From assembly GCA_963727485.1 (NCBI GenBank), contig CAVSGM010000011.1:768001-832000 (forward strand): DNA of 64,000 nucleotides, in the 5' to 3' direction. This stretch comes from an uncultured delta proteobacterium (GTDB lineage: Bacteria; Myxococcota; Myxococcia; SLRQ01). Below are positions 23,277-33,061 of the stretch, piece after piece. The translations under genes and the position numbers were made by a program. Under the pieces are notes generated by a model. It was not told where the DNA came from. It made no database searches and worked only from the letters and a program-made list of their open reading frames with translations. The first letter of the stretch is position 1. Each line of letters starts with the position of its first letter.

Positions 23277-24771
23277 CCCCCGCGTCCGGCGGCGGCCGGT
23301 AGCCGTCGCAGCGCCACACCCGGAAGAGGGTGATCCGCCGGTGGCCCCGGTGCGCGAAGACGGGGCGGAGCGGGCGGACCCGGCTGCAGTACCGGGCGAG
23401 GTACCGCCGGGGGTGGAAGAGGGGATGGCGCCGGTCCACCACCACCACCGCCGTGACCCCGCGCCGGGCAGCCGGGTGGAACCAGTACCGGAAGGCCCGG
23501 CCGTCACCGCCGAAGGCGTTGGCCCCGGTCACCCGCCGGTCCCCCCGGGGGAGGTGCCAGGCGAGCTCGGCGGCGGTCTTGTAGTCCCAGCCCACCACGA
23601 AGGCGTCCGGGTGGAGGTGGTGGAGGTTCCAGTCGATGGCGGTCGCGAGCTCGGGCCAGCCGTCCCAGATGTCGGCGTGACGGCCCACGGGGATGGCCGG
23701 GACCAGGGGCAGGAGGTGGGCGAACACCGAGGCGGCGAGGCCCAGGCCCATGCCGGCGAAGGCGGTCACACGCACCCGCCTCCGGACCCAGCCGGCGGCC
23801 CACAGGCCCCCGAGGGCCACCAGGGCCCCGAGGTAGACCGGCCCCACCCAGTTGAGCTTCACCCAGGCGAAGGGGCTGACGACGGTGAACAGGGCGAGGC
23901 CCGGGGCGGTGGCCCAGAACAGGAGCCGGTAGCGCCCCTCCCCGGCGCGGCCCCGCCGGAAGGCGACGACGAGCGCCCACACCAGGCCGCCGTAGAGCAC
24001 CGGGGTGACCGCGGCGAGCTGGGCGCCCAGGTACTGGCCGAAGAGCGAGAGGCTGAAGCCCGGCGCCTCCCGGGCCCGGCGCGCGGTCTGGAAGGCGAAG
24101 GAGGCGAAGTGGTGGTCGGCGTTCCACACCAGCACCGGGGAGAAGACCGTGAGGGCCACCGCCACGCCCAGCCAGGGCCAGGGGGTCCGCAGCGCGCGGC
24201 GGCCCCGGGGCAGGACCCGGGCCGCGGCGAGGAGCGAGAACGGCAGGATGGCCGCGGTGAGCTTGGAGAGGCTGGCGGCGCCGACGAGGAGTCCCAGGAG
24301 GAGCCAGCGCCAGCCCAGCCGCCCCGGGCCCTTGCCGTCCTCGAGGAGGACCTCGCAGGCCGGAAGGAGCGCCGCGGCCCAGAAGAGGGTCAGGGGCACG
24401 TCGGGGGTGATGATCACCGCCCCGATGGCGAAGAGGATCGAGGTGGTGGCCGCTCCGGCCGCCAGGAGGCCCGCCAGGGGCGAGAAGAGGCGCTCGCCGA
24501 GGCGGTAGAGGATGAGGGTGAGCACGCCCGACGCGAGGACGCCCACCAGGCGCACGCCCAGGGGGGTGTGGCCGGCGACCGCCATCCCGGCTCGGATCCA
24601 CCAGGCCACCATGGGCGGGTGGTCGAGGTAGGAGAGGGCGGGGTGGGCCGCGTAGGCCTGGTAGTAGGCCTCCTGGGGCATGAGGCCCACCGATGCGGCG
24701 TAGACCAGGCGCGCGGCGGTGAGGATCACGGCCCCGGCCCCCACCAGCAGGCGCGCGGTCCGGGCCTTCAT
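23182..24771 (-). CDS. GT39/ArnT-like membrane glycosyltransferase
   Basis: QEAYY, YLDHPPMVAW, TPDVPL, LSKLT, FSPVLVWNA; polytopic. Confidence 0.85.
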   Translation of the reverse strand: MKARTARLLVGAGAVILTAARLVYAASVGLMPQEAYYQAYAAHPALSYLDHPPMVAWWIRAGMAVAGHTPLGVRLVGVLASGVLTLILYRLGERLFSPLAGLLAAGAATTSILFAIGAVIITPDVPLTLFWAAALLPACEVLLEDGKGPGRLGWRWLLLGLLVGAASLSKLTAAILPFSLLAAARVLPRGRRALRTPWPWLGVAVALTVFSPVLVWNADHHFASFAFQTARRAREAPGFSLSLFGQYLGAQLAAVTPVLYGGLVWALVVAFRRGRAGEGRYRLLFWATAPGLALFTVVSPFAWVKLNWVGPVYLGALVALGGLWAAGWVRRRVRVTAFAGMGLGLAASVFAHLLPLVPAIPVGRHADIWDGWPELATAIDWNLHHLHPDAFVVGWDYKTAAELAWHLPRGDRRVTGANAFGGDGRAFRYWFHPAARRGVTAVVVVDRRHPLFHPRRYLARYCSRVRPLRPVFAHRGHRRITLFRVWRCDGYRPPPDAGVSPPPARASRPPSPSPGRASPRGSAAPASGR

Positions 24772-24797
24772 CCCGGGCCCGACCGGCGGGGACGAGG

Positions 24798-25688
24798 TCA
24801 CGTCCGTCGCGCGGGCTGGTGGAGCTCGAGGACGATCTCGCCGTTGCGGAAGACCCGCACCGTGCCGCTGGTCTGGGAGACGGTGATGGCGATGGCCTTG
24901 GTCTCCCGGGTGATGGCGGCGGCGGCGGTGTGCCGGGCCCCGAGGCCCAGCGGCACCTTCACGTCCTCGGTGGCCGCCTGGAGGTAGCGTCCGGCGGCGA
25001 GCACCACGCCGTCCTCCCGGACCACGAAGGCGCCGTCGAGGACGGCGAAGTTGTTGATGGCCTCGCGGATCCCCGGGTCGAGGACGTTGCGCTCGGCCTC
25101 GCTGATCCCCTGGAAGGGGTTGAGGGTGAGCTGCCGGGACTTCTCCATGACCGCGGTGGCGTCGCCCACGGCGATGAGGGTGCCCACCGGGTGCCCCTCG
25201 AAGCCGTCGTGGCCGATGCGGTTGGCGAGGTCGAGGAGGGCCTCGACCACCTGGTTGGAGAACTCCTCGGCGAGGTCGAGGGCGTCCACCGAGACCCGCT
25301 CGTCGAAGGTGGCGCCGATGCGCAGCTTCACCACCGTGTCCAGGGCCTTGGCCTGGCCGGTGACCGCGAGGACGAGGTCGCCCTCCTTGAGGACCCCGGC
25401 GGTGAGGGCGCTGACCACGGCGACCTTGATCTTCTCCACCCGGGAGTACTCGTAGGGTGGCACCAGCACGGCCCGGTAGCCCTTCTCCCGGAGGTCCTCG
25501 ACCAGGGCCTCGCTCGAGGCCGCGTAGAGGAGCTTCTTCTTGAGGGGGCGGCCCTTGAGCTCCTCGGGGGGCAGGGGCATGTCGGAGGCGTAGAGGAGCG
25601 TGTCCACCTCCTTCTTCGCCGCCAGCGAGAGGATCGACTTGAGGAAGGCCTTGTCCAGGCTCCGCGCGGCACTAGGGTCTCCGGCCAT
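24798..25688 (-). CDS. Soluble diadenylate cyclase (DisA_N/DAC domain, DacZ-like)
   Basis: EGHPVGTL, LDGAFVV and GLGARHTAAAAIT (DGA and RH motifs), VSQTSG; no TM segment. Confidence 0.85.
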   Translation of the reverse strand: MAGDPSAARSLDKAFLKSILSLAAKKEVDTLLYASDMPLPPEELKGRPLKKKLLYAASSEALVEDLREKGYRAVLVPPYEYSRVEKIKVAVVSALTAGVLKEGDLVLAVTGQAKALDTVVKLRIGATFDERVSVDALDLAEEFSNQVVEALLDLANRIGHDGFEGHPVGTLIAVGDATAVMEKSRQLTLNPFQGISEAERNVLDPGIREAINNFAVLDGAFVVREDGVVLAAGRYLQAATEDVKVPLGLGARHTAAAAITRETKAIAITVSQTSGTVRVFRNGEIVLELHQPARRT

Positions 25689-25919
25689 GGCGACGCCATC
25701 CTACCCGCGGCCGGAGGCCGGCTCCACTTTTGCCCCGTCCGCCCCTCCGGGAGGGCCCGGGGAGGCGCCCTGGGGAGGCGCCCTGGGGACCGGCGTCCGG
25801 CGGGATTCGGTTGACACGGGGCGCAACCGGCTGATAAACCGCCCAATCTTTTCGAAGCCGCCCTGGATCCGGCGGGGCTCAACGTCCCCGGCGGTGGCAG
25901 CGGTAGCAGGGGGTTCGCG

Positions 25920-26282
25920 TTGAACAAGCGGGATCTTCAGAAGTTCAAGACGCTCTTGGAGCAGTCGCGTCGTTCGCTCCTCCAGTCCGCGCGCAAGACG
26001 CTCGAGGAGGAGACGGTGCTCGACACCGACGACCTCCCGGACGAGATCGACCTGGCGTCCTCGGAGTACGCCCAGTCGATGGTCTTCCGCCTTCGGGACC
26101 GGGAGAAGTTCCTGCTCCGGAAGATTGACAAGGCCCTCGAGCGCATCGAGGAGGGCGAGTTCGGCATCTGCGAGTCCTGTGGCGAGGACATCAGCCCCAA
26201 GCGCCTCGAGGCGCGGCCGGTGACCACCTTGTGCATCCGGTGCAAGGAAGAGCAGGAGAAGGTCGAGAAGTCCTTCGGCTGA
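25920..26282 (+). CDS. dksA: RNA polymerase-binding protein DksA/TraR family
   Basis: DEIDLA coiled-coil tip, ALERIEEGEFGICESCGEDI, RLEARP, LCIRCKE; TTG start; TTGACA at 25811. Confidence 0.9.
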   Translation: MNKRDLQKFKTLLEQSRRSLLQSARKTLEEETVLDTDDLPDEIDLASSEYAQSMVFRLRDREKFLLRKIDKALERIEEGEFGICESCGEDISPKRLEARPVTTLCIRCKEEQEKVEKSFG

Positions 26283-26324
26283 TCGGCTGCGGGCCCGCGG
26301 GCCCGCGCCAGGGGGAGGGGCGCC

Positions 26325-26597
26325 ATGCCCCAGGTCGTGCTCACGCCGCATCTGGCGCGATTCTTTCCCGATCTCGCCGACGGCGAGATCCCCGGGAGGA
26401 CGGTGGCCCAGGTGATCGCCGCCCTCGACGGGCGCTGGCCGGGCCTTGGCCACTACCTGCTCGACGAGCGGGGCCGCCTGCGGCCCCACGTGAACGTCTT
26501 CGTGGACGGCGCCATGGTCACCGACCGCGAGGGCCTCTCGGACGAGGTGGCCGAGGGCGGCACCGTCCACATCCTGCAGAGCCTCTCCGGAGGCTGA
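26325..26597 (+). CDS. MoaD/ThiS-family ubiquitin-like sulfur carrier
   Basis: 90 aa, GRTVAQV, RPHVNVFVDG, C-terminal SGG. Confidence 0.85.
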   Translation: MPQVVLTPHLARFFPDLADGEIPGRTVAQVIAALDGRWPGLGHYLLDERGRLRPHVNVFVDGAMVTDREGLSDEVAEGGTVHILQSLSGG

Positions 26598-26626
26598 CGC
26601 CGCCCGCCGGCGGCGAGGGGGAAACC

Positions 26627-27706
26627 ATGGCCGAGACCCTGCTCCTCGGGACCCGCAAGGGCCTCGTGACCTACCGGCGCCAGGGCGGCGCCTGGCACCT
26701 GGACCAGGTGGCCTTCGAGGGGGTCCCGGTCCACTACGCGGTGGTCGACCCGCGCTCGGGGACCCTCTGGGCCTCCATGGCCCACGGCCACTGGGGCCCC
26801 AAGCTCCACCGGTCCACCGACGGCGGGCGCACCTTCGAGGCGGTGGCCCCACCGGTCTACCCCGAGGGCGCGAGCTGGCACGGGGAGCCCATGGCCCTGG
26901 AGGTCATCTGGACGGTGGCCCCGGGCGGGGCCGACGCGCCCGGGCGCCTCTACCTGGGCACCGACCCCGGGGGCCTCTTCGTCTCCGACGACGGCGGCGC
27001 CAGCTGGCGCCTCGACGAGGGCCTCTGGAACCACCCCACCCGGGAGACCCAGTGGTTCGCGGCCCCGGCGGGCAAGGGCCCGGTGCTCCACTCGATCCTC
27101 GTCGACCCCCGGGACCCGAAGAAGGTCCTGGTGGCGCTCTCCGCCGCGGGCGTGTTCGCCACCGAGGACGGCGGGGCCACCTGGGCGGCGCGCAACCAGA
27201 GCCTCGACGCCCCGTTCCTCCCGGACCCCAGCGTCGAGGCCGGCCACGACCCGCACCTCATCGTGCGCTGCGCCGCCGACCCCGACGTCATCTGGCAGCA
27301 GAACCACGCGGGGATCTGGCGCAGCACCGACAACGGGCGCACCTGGGGGAGCATCGCCGAGGCCGAGGGGCCGGCGCGCTTCGGCTTCGCCATCGCCGCC
27401 GACCACCGCAGCCCCGAGGTGGCGTGGATGGTGCCGGCGGCGGGCGACGACCGGCGCATGGCCATCGACGGGGCCCTGTGCGTCTGCCGCACCGAGGACG
27501 GGGGCCAGCGCTGGACGGCCCTGCGCGACGGGCTCCCGCAGGAGGGCTGCTTCGACCTGACCCTCCGCCAGGCCCTCGACGCCGACGGCGACACGCTGGC
27601 CTTCGGGACCACCACCGGGAACCTCTTCGTGTCCTCCGACGGCGGCGACGGGTGGGAGGCGGTGAGCCATCACCTGCCGCCCATCTACTCGGTGCGGTTC
27701 GCGTAG
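26627..27706 (+). CDS. BNR/Asp-box beta-propeller protein (sialidase-like fold)
   Basis: Repeated SxDGGxxW Asp boxes; GTRKGL, QQNHAGIWRS. Confidence 0.85.
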   Translation: MAETLLLGTRKGLVTYRRQGGAWHLDQVAFEGVPVHYAVVDPRSGTLWASMAHGHWGPKLHRSTDGGRTFEAVAPPVYPEGASWHGEPMALEVIWTVAPGGADAPGRLYLGTDPGGLFVSDDGGASWRLDEGLWNHPTRETQWFAAPAGKGPVLHSILVDPRDPKKVLVALSAAGVFATEDGGATWAARNQSLDAPFLPDPSVEAGHDPHLIVRCAADPDVIWQQNHAGIWRSTDNGRTWGSIAEAEGPARFGFAIAADHRSPEVAWMVPAAGDDRRMAIDGALCVCRTEDGGQRWTALRDGLPQEGCFDLTLRQALDADGDTLAFGTTTGNLFVSSDGGDGWEAVSHHLPPIYSVRFA

Positions 27707-27737
27707 GCGGCGCCTGGCGACGGGCGCCGGCGGCGGC

Positions 27738-30201
27738 TCACCAGAACAGGTGCACGGTGAGCTTCCGGCTCGAAGACGAAGAGCCGGTCGTCAGCGATGA
27801 CACGGTGCCGGTGCCGTCGGCGACATCGAGCTGGCCGTCGCCGGTGACGTAGGCGACGGCGGTGCGGCTCCCGGCGTCCACGGTGGCGCAGGGGGCCACC
27901 GGGGTGGCGGCGTCGCAGGCAGTGAGCGCGGCGCCGTTCCACGAGAGGCTCGCCCCCGCCCCGGGCGCCGCCGAGGGCGTCAGGGCGTAGGTGTCGCCGC
28001 CGCGCCCGGTGAACGACCCGTCGGCGCCGAGGTAGGCCCACACCGTCCGGTCGAGGCCCACATCCGAGAGGTGGGTCACCGAGGGGCCGCCGGTCTTCGC
28101 CAGGGTGTCCACGCCGCCCGGGGGCAGGAGGACGAGCACGGTCCCGGTGCGGGCGTAGACCGGGATCTCGCCGAGGGGATCGGCGACGCTCCGGATGGTG
28201 GGGCCCACCACGGGCGTGCCGCCGGCGAGCGGGATCCAGGTGTCGGCCGGGAAGTAGACGGCGCGCGAGGTCTCGCCCCCGGTGAGCACCGGCGCCACCA
28301 GCAGGTCCGGGCCCAACAGGTACTCGTCGGTGATGCCCCAGGCCTTCCCGTCGGCGGGGTAGTCGAGGCCGAGGCCGCGCATGATGGGCGCTCCGGTCCT
28401 CGCCGCCAGGCGCGCCTGGGCCTCGAGGTAGGGGAAGAGGCGGGTGTGGAGGACGGCGTAGCGCTTCCACAGGGCCAGGGTCTCGGCGTCGGAGTCGAAG
28501 GCCCAGTTGGCGTGGGCCTCGCGGCCGTGGTGGGTGCGCATGATCGGCGAGAAGGCGCCCACCGGGGCCCAGCGGAAGAAGAGCGCCTTGGTGCTGGTGG
28601 CGTTGCTGCCCGAGTAGTACCCGGCGATGTCCGAGCCGTAGTAGGGCATCCCCGCGACCCCGAGGCCGATGCCGATGGGCACCACCGTGGGCAGGCCGTC
28701 GGTGGGGTCGAAGTCGGTGGTCTGGTCGCCGCCCCAGACCACCTGGTGGCCGATGCCCTGGCTGCCGGTGTACCCCGAGCGCACGAAGTCGAGGCGCTCC
28801 ACGCCGTCGGTGCGCTTGGAGAACACCGAGTCGTTGAGCTGCTGCCACAGCACCGGGTAGCGCTGGTGGAGGTCGAGGCCGCTGCCGCCCTTCATCACCG
28901 CGTCGGTGGGGAGCCACTCGCCGTAGTCGGCCATCCACCCGTCGAAGCCGAGGTCCAGGCAGCCGTTGAGGTAGCCGGCCATCCAGTCGCGCGCCGCGGG
29001 GTTGGTCAGGTCGACCATGGAGGTCGGGCGAAAGGTCACGCCCTGGAAGAGGTAGGGCTGCCCGGTGTCGTCGTCGATGAGGTAGCCGCCGGAGGTCGCG
29101 GCGTCGTAGTGGTCGTCGCCCTGGGCCACGAAGGTGTTGAAGTAGGCCATCCACTTGAAGCCCGCGGCGTGGAGGTCCGAGGCCACCTGCTCGGCGTCGG
29201 GGTAGAGGGTGCGGTCGATGGTCCAGTTCTGGTCCAGGGAGTAGCCGGTCTTGCCGTTGTCGTGGCCGCCGCCCCAGTCCTCGGTCCAGAATCATCGACG
29301 AGGGGATGTGGTGGGCGCGCAGCTCGTCGGCCACCCGGCGCACGTTCGCCGAGCCGAAGACCGCGTCGTTCCACGGCGCGAAGGTGAAGTCCGGGGGCAC
29401 GGTGGCCCGGCCCACCAGGTCCGAGTGCGCCTCGAGCACCTTCAGGGGCGTGGCCCCGAAGAAGAGGTGGAAGGTGAGGGTGCCGTCCCAGTTCTCCACC
29501 CGGATGGCGCCCGGATCGTCGGAGCACATGTGGAAGAGGCTCCGGTGGTCGGTGTCGGCCATCAGCCCGAAGTCCCGGCTGGAGACGAAGAAGGGCACCG
29601 GGAAGTAGCTGGAGTGGCGGGTGCCCTCGAGGAACCAGTCGCTGGGGTAGTCGTCGGTGGTCGACTTGTAGATGCCCTGCTCGCTGACCCACACCGGCAC
29701 CGTGTAGCCCCGGTGGTCCACGTCGAAGCTCTGGGCCCCGAAGCCCATGAAGTGCTCGTCGCCGTGGCAGGCGAAGGCGACCCGCGCCCGGGTCGCCCCC
29801 GGGGAGGTGACCGTGACCTTCAGGACTCCGCCCGTGGTGGCGGTGATGGCGCCGGTGCCCCCGCCGCTCGGGCCCACCAGGTCGAAGCGCAGGGTGTCGC
29901 CGTCCAGCCTCACGTTCTTGAAGGCGGTGACCTGCGTCCACGGCCCCGGGTGGTCGGTGATCTTGAAGCTCCCGTAGAGCATCTCGTAGGCGGCCTTCCC
30001 GGTGGAGAAGGCGACGCCGCCGGGCAGGCCGTCGAGGAGCACCGTGCCGTCCGGGGCGACGAAGCGCAGGTGGGCCGGGGAGGCGGTGACCTGCACGGTG
30101 ACCCCGCCGAGGACGTAGGGGCCGGGCTTCGGCTTCGAGGGCCCGCAGGCGGCGAGGGCGAGGGCGAGGAGGGCGGGGAAGAGAGACCGGCGTCGACCCA
30201 T
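27738..30201 (-). CDS. GH31 glycoside hydrolase lipoprotein, YihQ-like (frameshift near 29289-29293)
   Basis: Lipobox LAAC; FMGFGAQ, WVSEQG, WTEDW after correction, DGWMADYGEWLP, WGGDQ, SDIAGY, IMRTH, LLVAPV. Confidence 0.88.
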
Positions 30202-30246
30202 GGGGGGAGGATACCAGTGGCCGCCTCGCCGGATCTCCGCCCGGGG

Positions 30247-31935
30247 TCAGGGCGTGGACACGAAGCGCCCGTCGAAGCCCAGCGGCGCCGGGATGCGCCC
30301 GTCGGTCTGGAAGGTCACCTGCTTCGCCCCGGCGGGCAGCGACAGGCGCTTGGCGGTGAGCCCGTGGCCCGCCTGGACGTCGAGGAGCACCTGGCCGCCG
30401 GCGCGCACCACGAAGTGGGTCGGCGCGTGGCCGCCGTCGGCGACGCCGTACACCAGGGACACGGCCCGGGCGCCGGCGGGGACGCCGAAGGAGATGGCGC
30501 GGGTGCGGCCGGTGGGGCTCGGCGAGAGGTGGATGACGTCCTTCGGCCGGCCCTGGAAGCGCAGCCGGTACCAGGGGGCGACGCCGGTCATCAGGTCGCC
30601 GCGGCCCTGGTCGAAGTGGGCGCACTCCCAGCTCCAGGTCTTGTTGTTGAAGTAGTCGCAGGGGATGTCGCCGAGCATCACCTTGGACTGGCGCAGGCGC
30701 TGGACGAAGGTGGTCGGCGGCCCGGCGACCAGGCGGCGCACGGTGCCCACCGCGATCAGGGCGATGACCAGGCCCAGGGCGAGGCGTCCCCAGTGGACGC
30801 GCACCTGGCGCGTCGGGGTCGGGTCCGGGTCGCGCTTCAGGGCCAGGGCCGCGGCGGCCAGCGGGACGGCGAGGCCCAACGTGGGCAGGAGGAAGGCGAT
30901 GCGGAACCACTGGAACGAGGCGTGGAAGACCACCGGCGCCGCGGCCCCGAGGCCCAGCGCCGCCGCCTCCGCCCACTTTCGCCGCCAGGCGAGGATGGCG
31001 AGGCCGGCGACGGCGAGGAGCACCACCGGCCACTTCGCCACCAGGCCGTCCGGGCCGCCGACCACGCGCACCAGGTCGGGCCAGAGGCGCGCCCAGTGGA
31101 AGTCGGTGGCGTGGTCGTGGATCGACTGCACCCCGTTGACCATCACCAGGGTGCGGCTGTAGCCGGTGATCCAGGGCCGCCCGAACATGAAGGTGTTGAT
31201 GGCGGCGAACACCGCCACCGGCCCGATGCCCCCGGCGGCGGCGCGCAGGAGGTCCCGGGGACGCCGGCGCAGGAGGAACACCAGCGCGATGGCCGGGATG
31301 TAGAGGACCACGGTGAGCTTGGCGAGGATCCCCACCCCGAGGATGAGCCCCGAGGCGAAGGCCCGCCTGCGGAACGCGGCGTCGAAGGCCGCCAGCGTGA
31401 TCACCGTGTAGAAGATGTCGTTGGAGAGCTCGAAGGCCTGGGCGGTGAACACCGGGGCCGCGGCGAGCAGGCAGGCCACGAGCAGCGCCACCGGCCTGGG
31501 CGCCACCTGCTCGGCGAGGCGGAACGCCAGGACCGGGATGAGGATCCACCCGATGAGGTTGAAGATCAGGCTCCCCCAGGCGCCGAAGGCGAAGAGGAAC
31601 GGGAGCATGGTGAAGGGCAGGAGGATCGGGTGCTTGGGCCACCAGGTCTTCCCGTCGCGGCCGAGCGCCACGTTGGACCAGGCGGCGTCGAGGTTCCGGT
31701 TCCAGCCCAGGTCCTTGGTGTACCAGGACCGCGGGTGGATGTGGTTCTGCACCAGGGTGTGGTGCTCGAGGAGCCCCCGCGAGACCTCGTAGTAGAAGGT
31801 TCCGTCGCCCACCAGCCAGTCGTTGGGCTGCCACACCTTCGCCAGGTGCGCGCCGCCGAAGAGGGCGGCCACCAAGAGGAGCACCGCGAGGTGCCAGCCC
31901 CGGGAGGGGCCCGTGGGCTCGGCGGGCTCGGTCAC
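30247..31935 (-). CDS. GT-C-type polytopic membrane glycosyltransferase-like protein with extracytoplasmic C-terminal domain
   Basis: GDGTFYY, PKHP loop, multiple TMs with ILAKL; GTG start overlaps the FHA gene stop. Confidence 0.6.
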   Translation of the reverse strand: MTEPAEPTGPSRGWHLAVLLLVAALFGGAHLAKVWQPNDWLVGDGTFYYEVSRGLLEHHTLVQNHIHPRSWYTKDLGWNRNLDAAWSNVALGRDGKTWWPKHPILLPFTMLPFLFAFGAWGSLIFNLIGWILIPVLAFRLAEQVAPRPVALLVACLLAAAPVFTAQAFELSNDIFYTVITLAAFDAAFRRRAFASGLILGVGILAKLTVVLYIPAIALVFLLRRRPRDLLRAAAGGIGPVAVFAAINTFMFGRPWITGYSRTLVMVNGVQSIHDHATDFHWARLWPDLVRVVGGPDGLVAKWPVVLLAVAGLAILAWRRKWAEAAALGLGAAAPVVFHASFQWFRIAFLLPTLGLAVPLAAAALALKRDPDPTPTRQVRVHWGRLALGLVIALIAVGTVRRLVAGPPTTFVQRLRQSKVMLGDIPCDYFNNKTWSWECAHFDQGRGDLMTGVAPWYRLRFQGRPKDVIHLSPSPTGRTRAISFGVPAGARAVSLVYGVADGGHAPTHFVVRAGGQVLLDVQAGHGLTAKRLSLPAGAKQVTFQTDGRIPAPLGFDGRFVSTP

Positions 31936-32972
31936 GCGCGGTCGACGCGGAGGAGGTGGGCGCCGAGGAGGACCAGGTCTCCCGCCTTGAGGCGGGTGGT
32001 CTCGCCGAGGCGCAGGTAGGTGCCGTTGGAGGAGCCCAGGTCCTCGAAGGTGGCGTGGCCATCGGGGTGGACGGTGAGCTGGGCGTGGCGGCCGGAGATG
32101 AAGCCGTCGCCGGGGAAGGTGAGGTCGCCCTGCTCCCGGCCGAGGGTGTAGGTGCCCTCGGCCAGCGGCCAGGCGCTCCCGGTGGCGCCGTCGTCGAAGC
32201 ACTGCACCAGGCGCAGCTTGTACCCCGGGTCCGGCGAGCCCCACACCCGTCCGCCGCCTTCGAGCTCGGTGGCCGGGGGCACGGCCTCGAGCTCGAGGCG
32301 CTGGTGGCCGAGGCGGAGGCTGGTGCCGGCCTTGAGGCGCGCCTGCTCACCGGGGGGCAGGCGCAGCCAGGTCCCCGAGCGGCTCCCCAGGTCGTCGACG
32401 GTGAGCCCGTCGGCGTCCGGGGCGAAGCGGGCGTGCTCGGGGTCGACCCAGGGGTCGCCGTCGAGCCGCACCGGGCCCTCGCCGGTGCCGGCGGTGAACG
32501 CCTCGGTCACCGGGTGCCTGGGGCCGTCGGTGCCGTCGGGCCGCACCGCGACCAGGGCGAAGGCGGCCTCGGCGCCGGCGGGACCCACCTTGGTGCCCGT
32601 GCGGGCGGCGGGGACCTTGGCGCCGCACTCGGCGCAGAAGGCGTGCTCGGCCGGCACCGGGTGGCCGCAGCGCTCGCAGGGGCGGGTGCCCGCGGTGGCC
32701 TTCTTCGTCAGGGGCACCGGGCTCTCGCCGGCGGTGGGCTTCTTCGCCTTGGTGAGAGGGATGGGGGTCGGCGAGGGGTCGGTGGGCTCGTCCTGGTCCA
32801 CCGGCGCCGGCGGCGGGGTGTCCGGCAGGGGCGGGGGCGGGGTGACGGTGGTCGGGGCCCGGGGCGCCGGGGCCGCGCCCGGAGACGCCGAGGCGCCAAT
32901 CTCGCTGCCGCAGTCCAGGCAGTAGCGGAACCCGTCGTCGTTCTCCCGACCGCAGACCTCGCACTTGATCAT
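31932..32972 (-). CDS. Zinc-ribbon + tandem FHA domain protein
   Basis: CEVC/CLDC and CERC/CAEC knuckles; DLGSRSGTW and LGR...ISGRHA...DLGSSNGTY FHA motifs. Confidence 0.85.
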   Translation of the reverse strand: MIKCEVCGRENDDGFRYCLDCGSEIGASASPGAAPAPRAPTTVTPPPPLPDTPPPAPVDQDEPTDPSPTPIPLTKAKKPTAGESPVPLTKKATAGTRPCERCGHPVPAEHAFCAECGAKVPAARTGTKVGPAGAEAAFALVAVRPDGTDGPRHPVTEAFTAGTGEGPVRLDGDPWVDPEHARFAPDADGLTVDDLGSRSGTWLRLPPGEQARLKAGTSLRLGHQRLELEAVPPATELEGGGRVWGSPDPGYKLRLVQCFDDGATGSAWPLAEGTYTLGREQGDLTFPGDGFISGRHAQLTVHPDGHATFEDLGSSNGTYLRLGETTRLKAGDLVLLGAHLLRVDRA

Positions 32973-33061
32973 GGTGACCGCTCCTCGGGGCCGCACGCGC
33001 CCTTCGCGACTTGTAGGCGGCGGCGCCGGGCGGCGTCAACCGCGGGCCGTGGCCAGCGGCG

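Noticed and set aside
29036..32350. Very long alternative-frame and antisense ORFs (also 44198-46843, 44353-47034, 57009-59204)
   Set aside because: Arg/Pro/Gly-rich shadow ORFs typical of high-GC DNA that overlap well-supported genes
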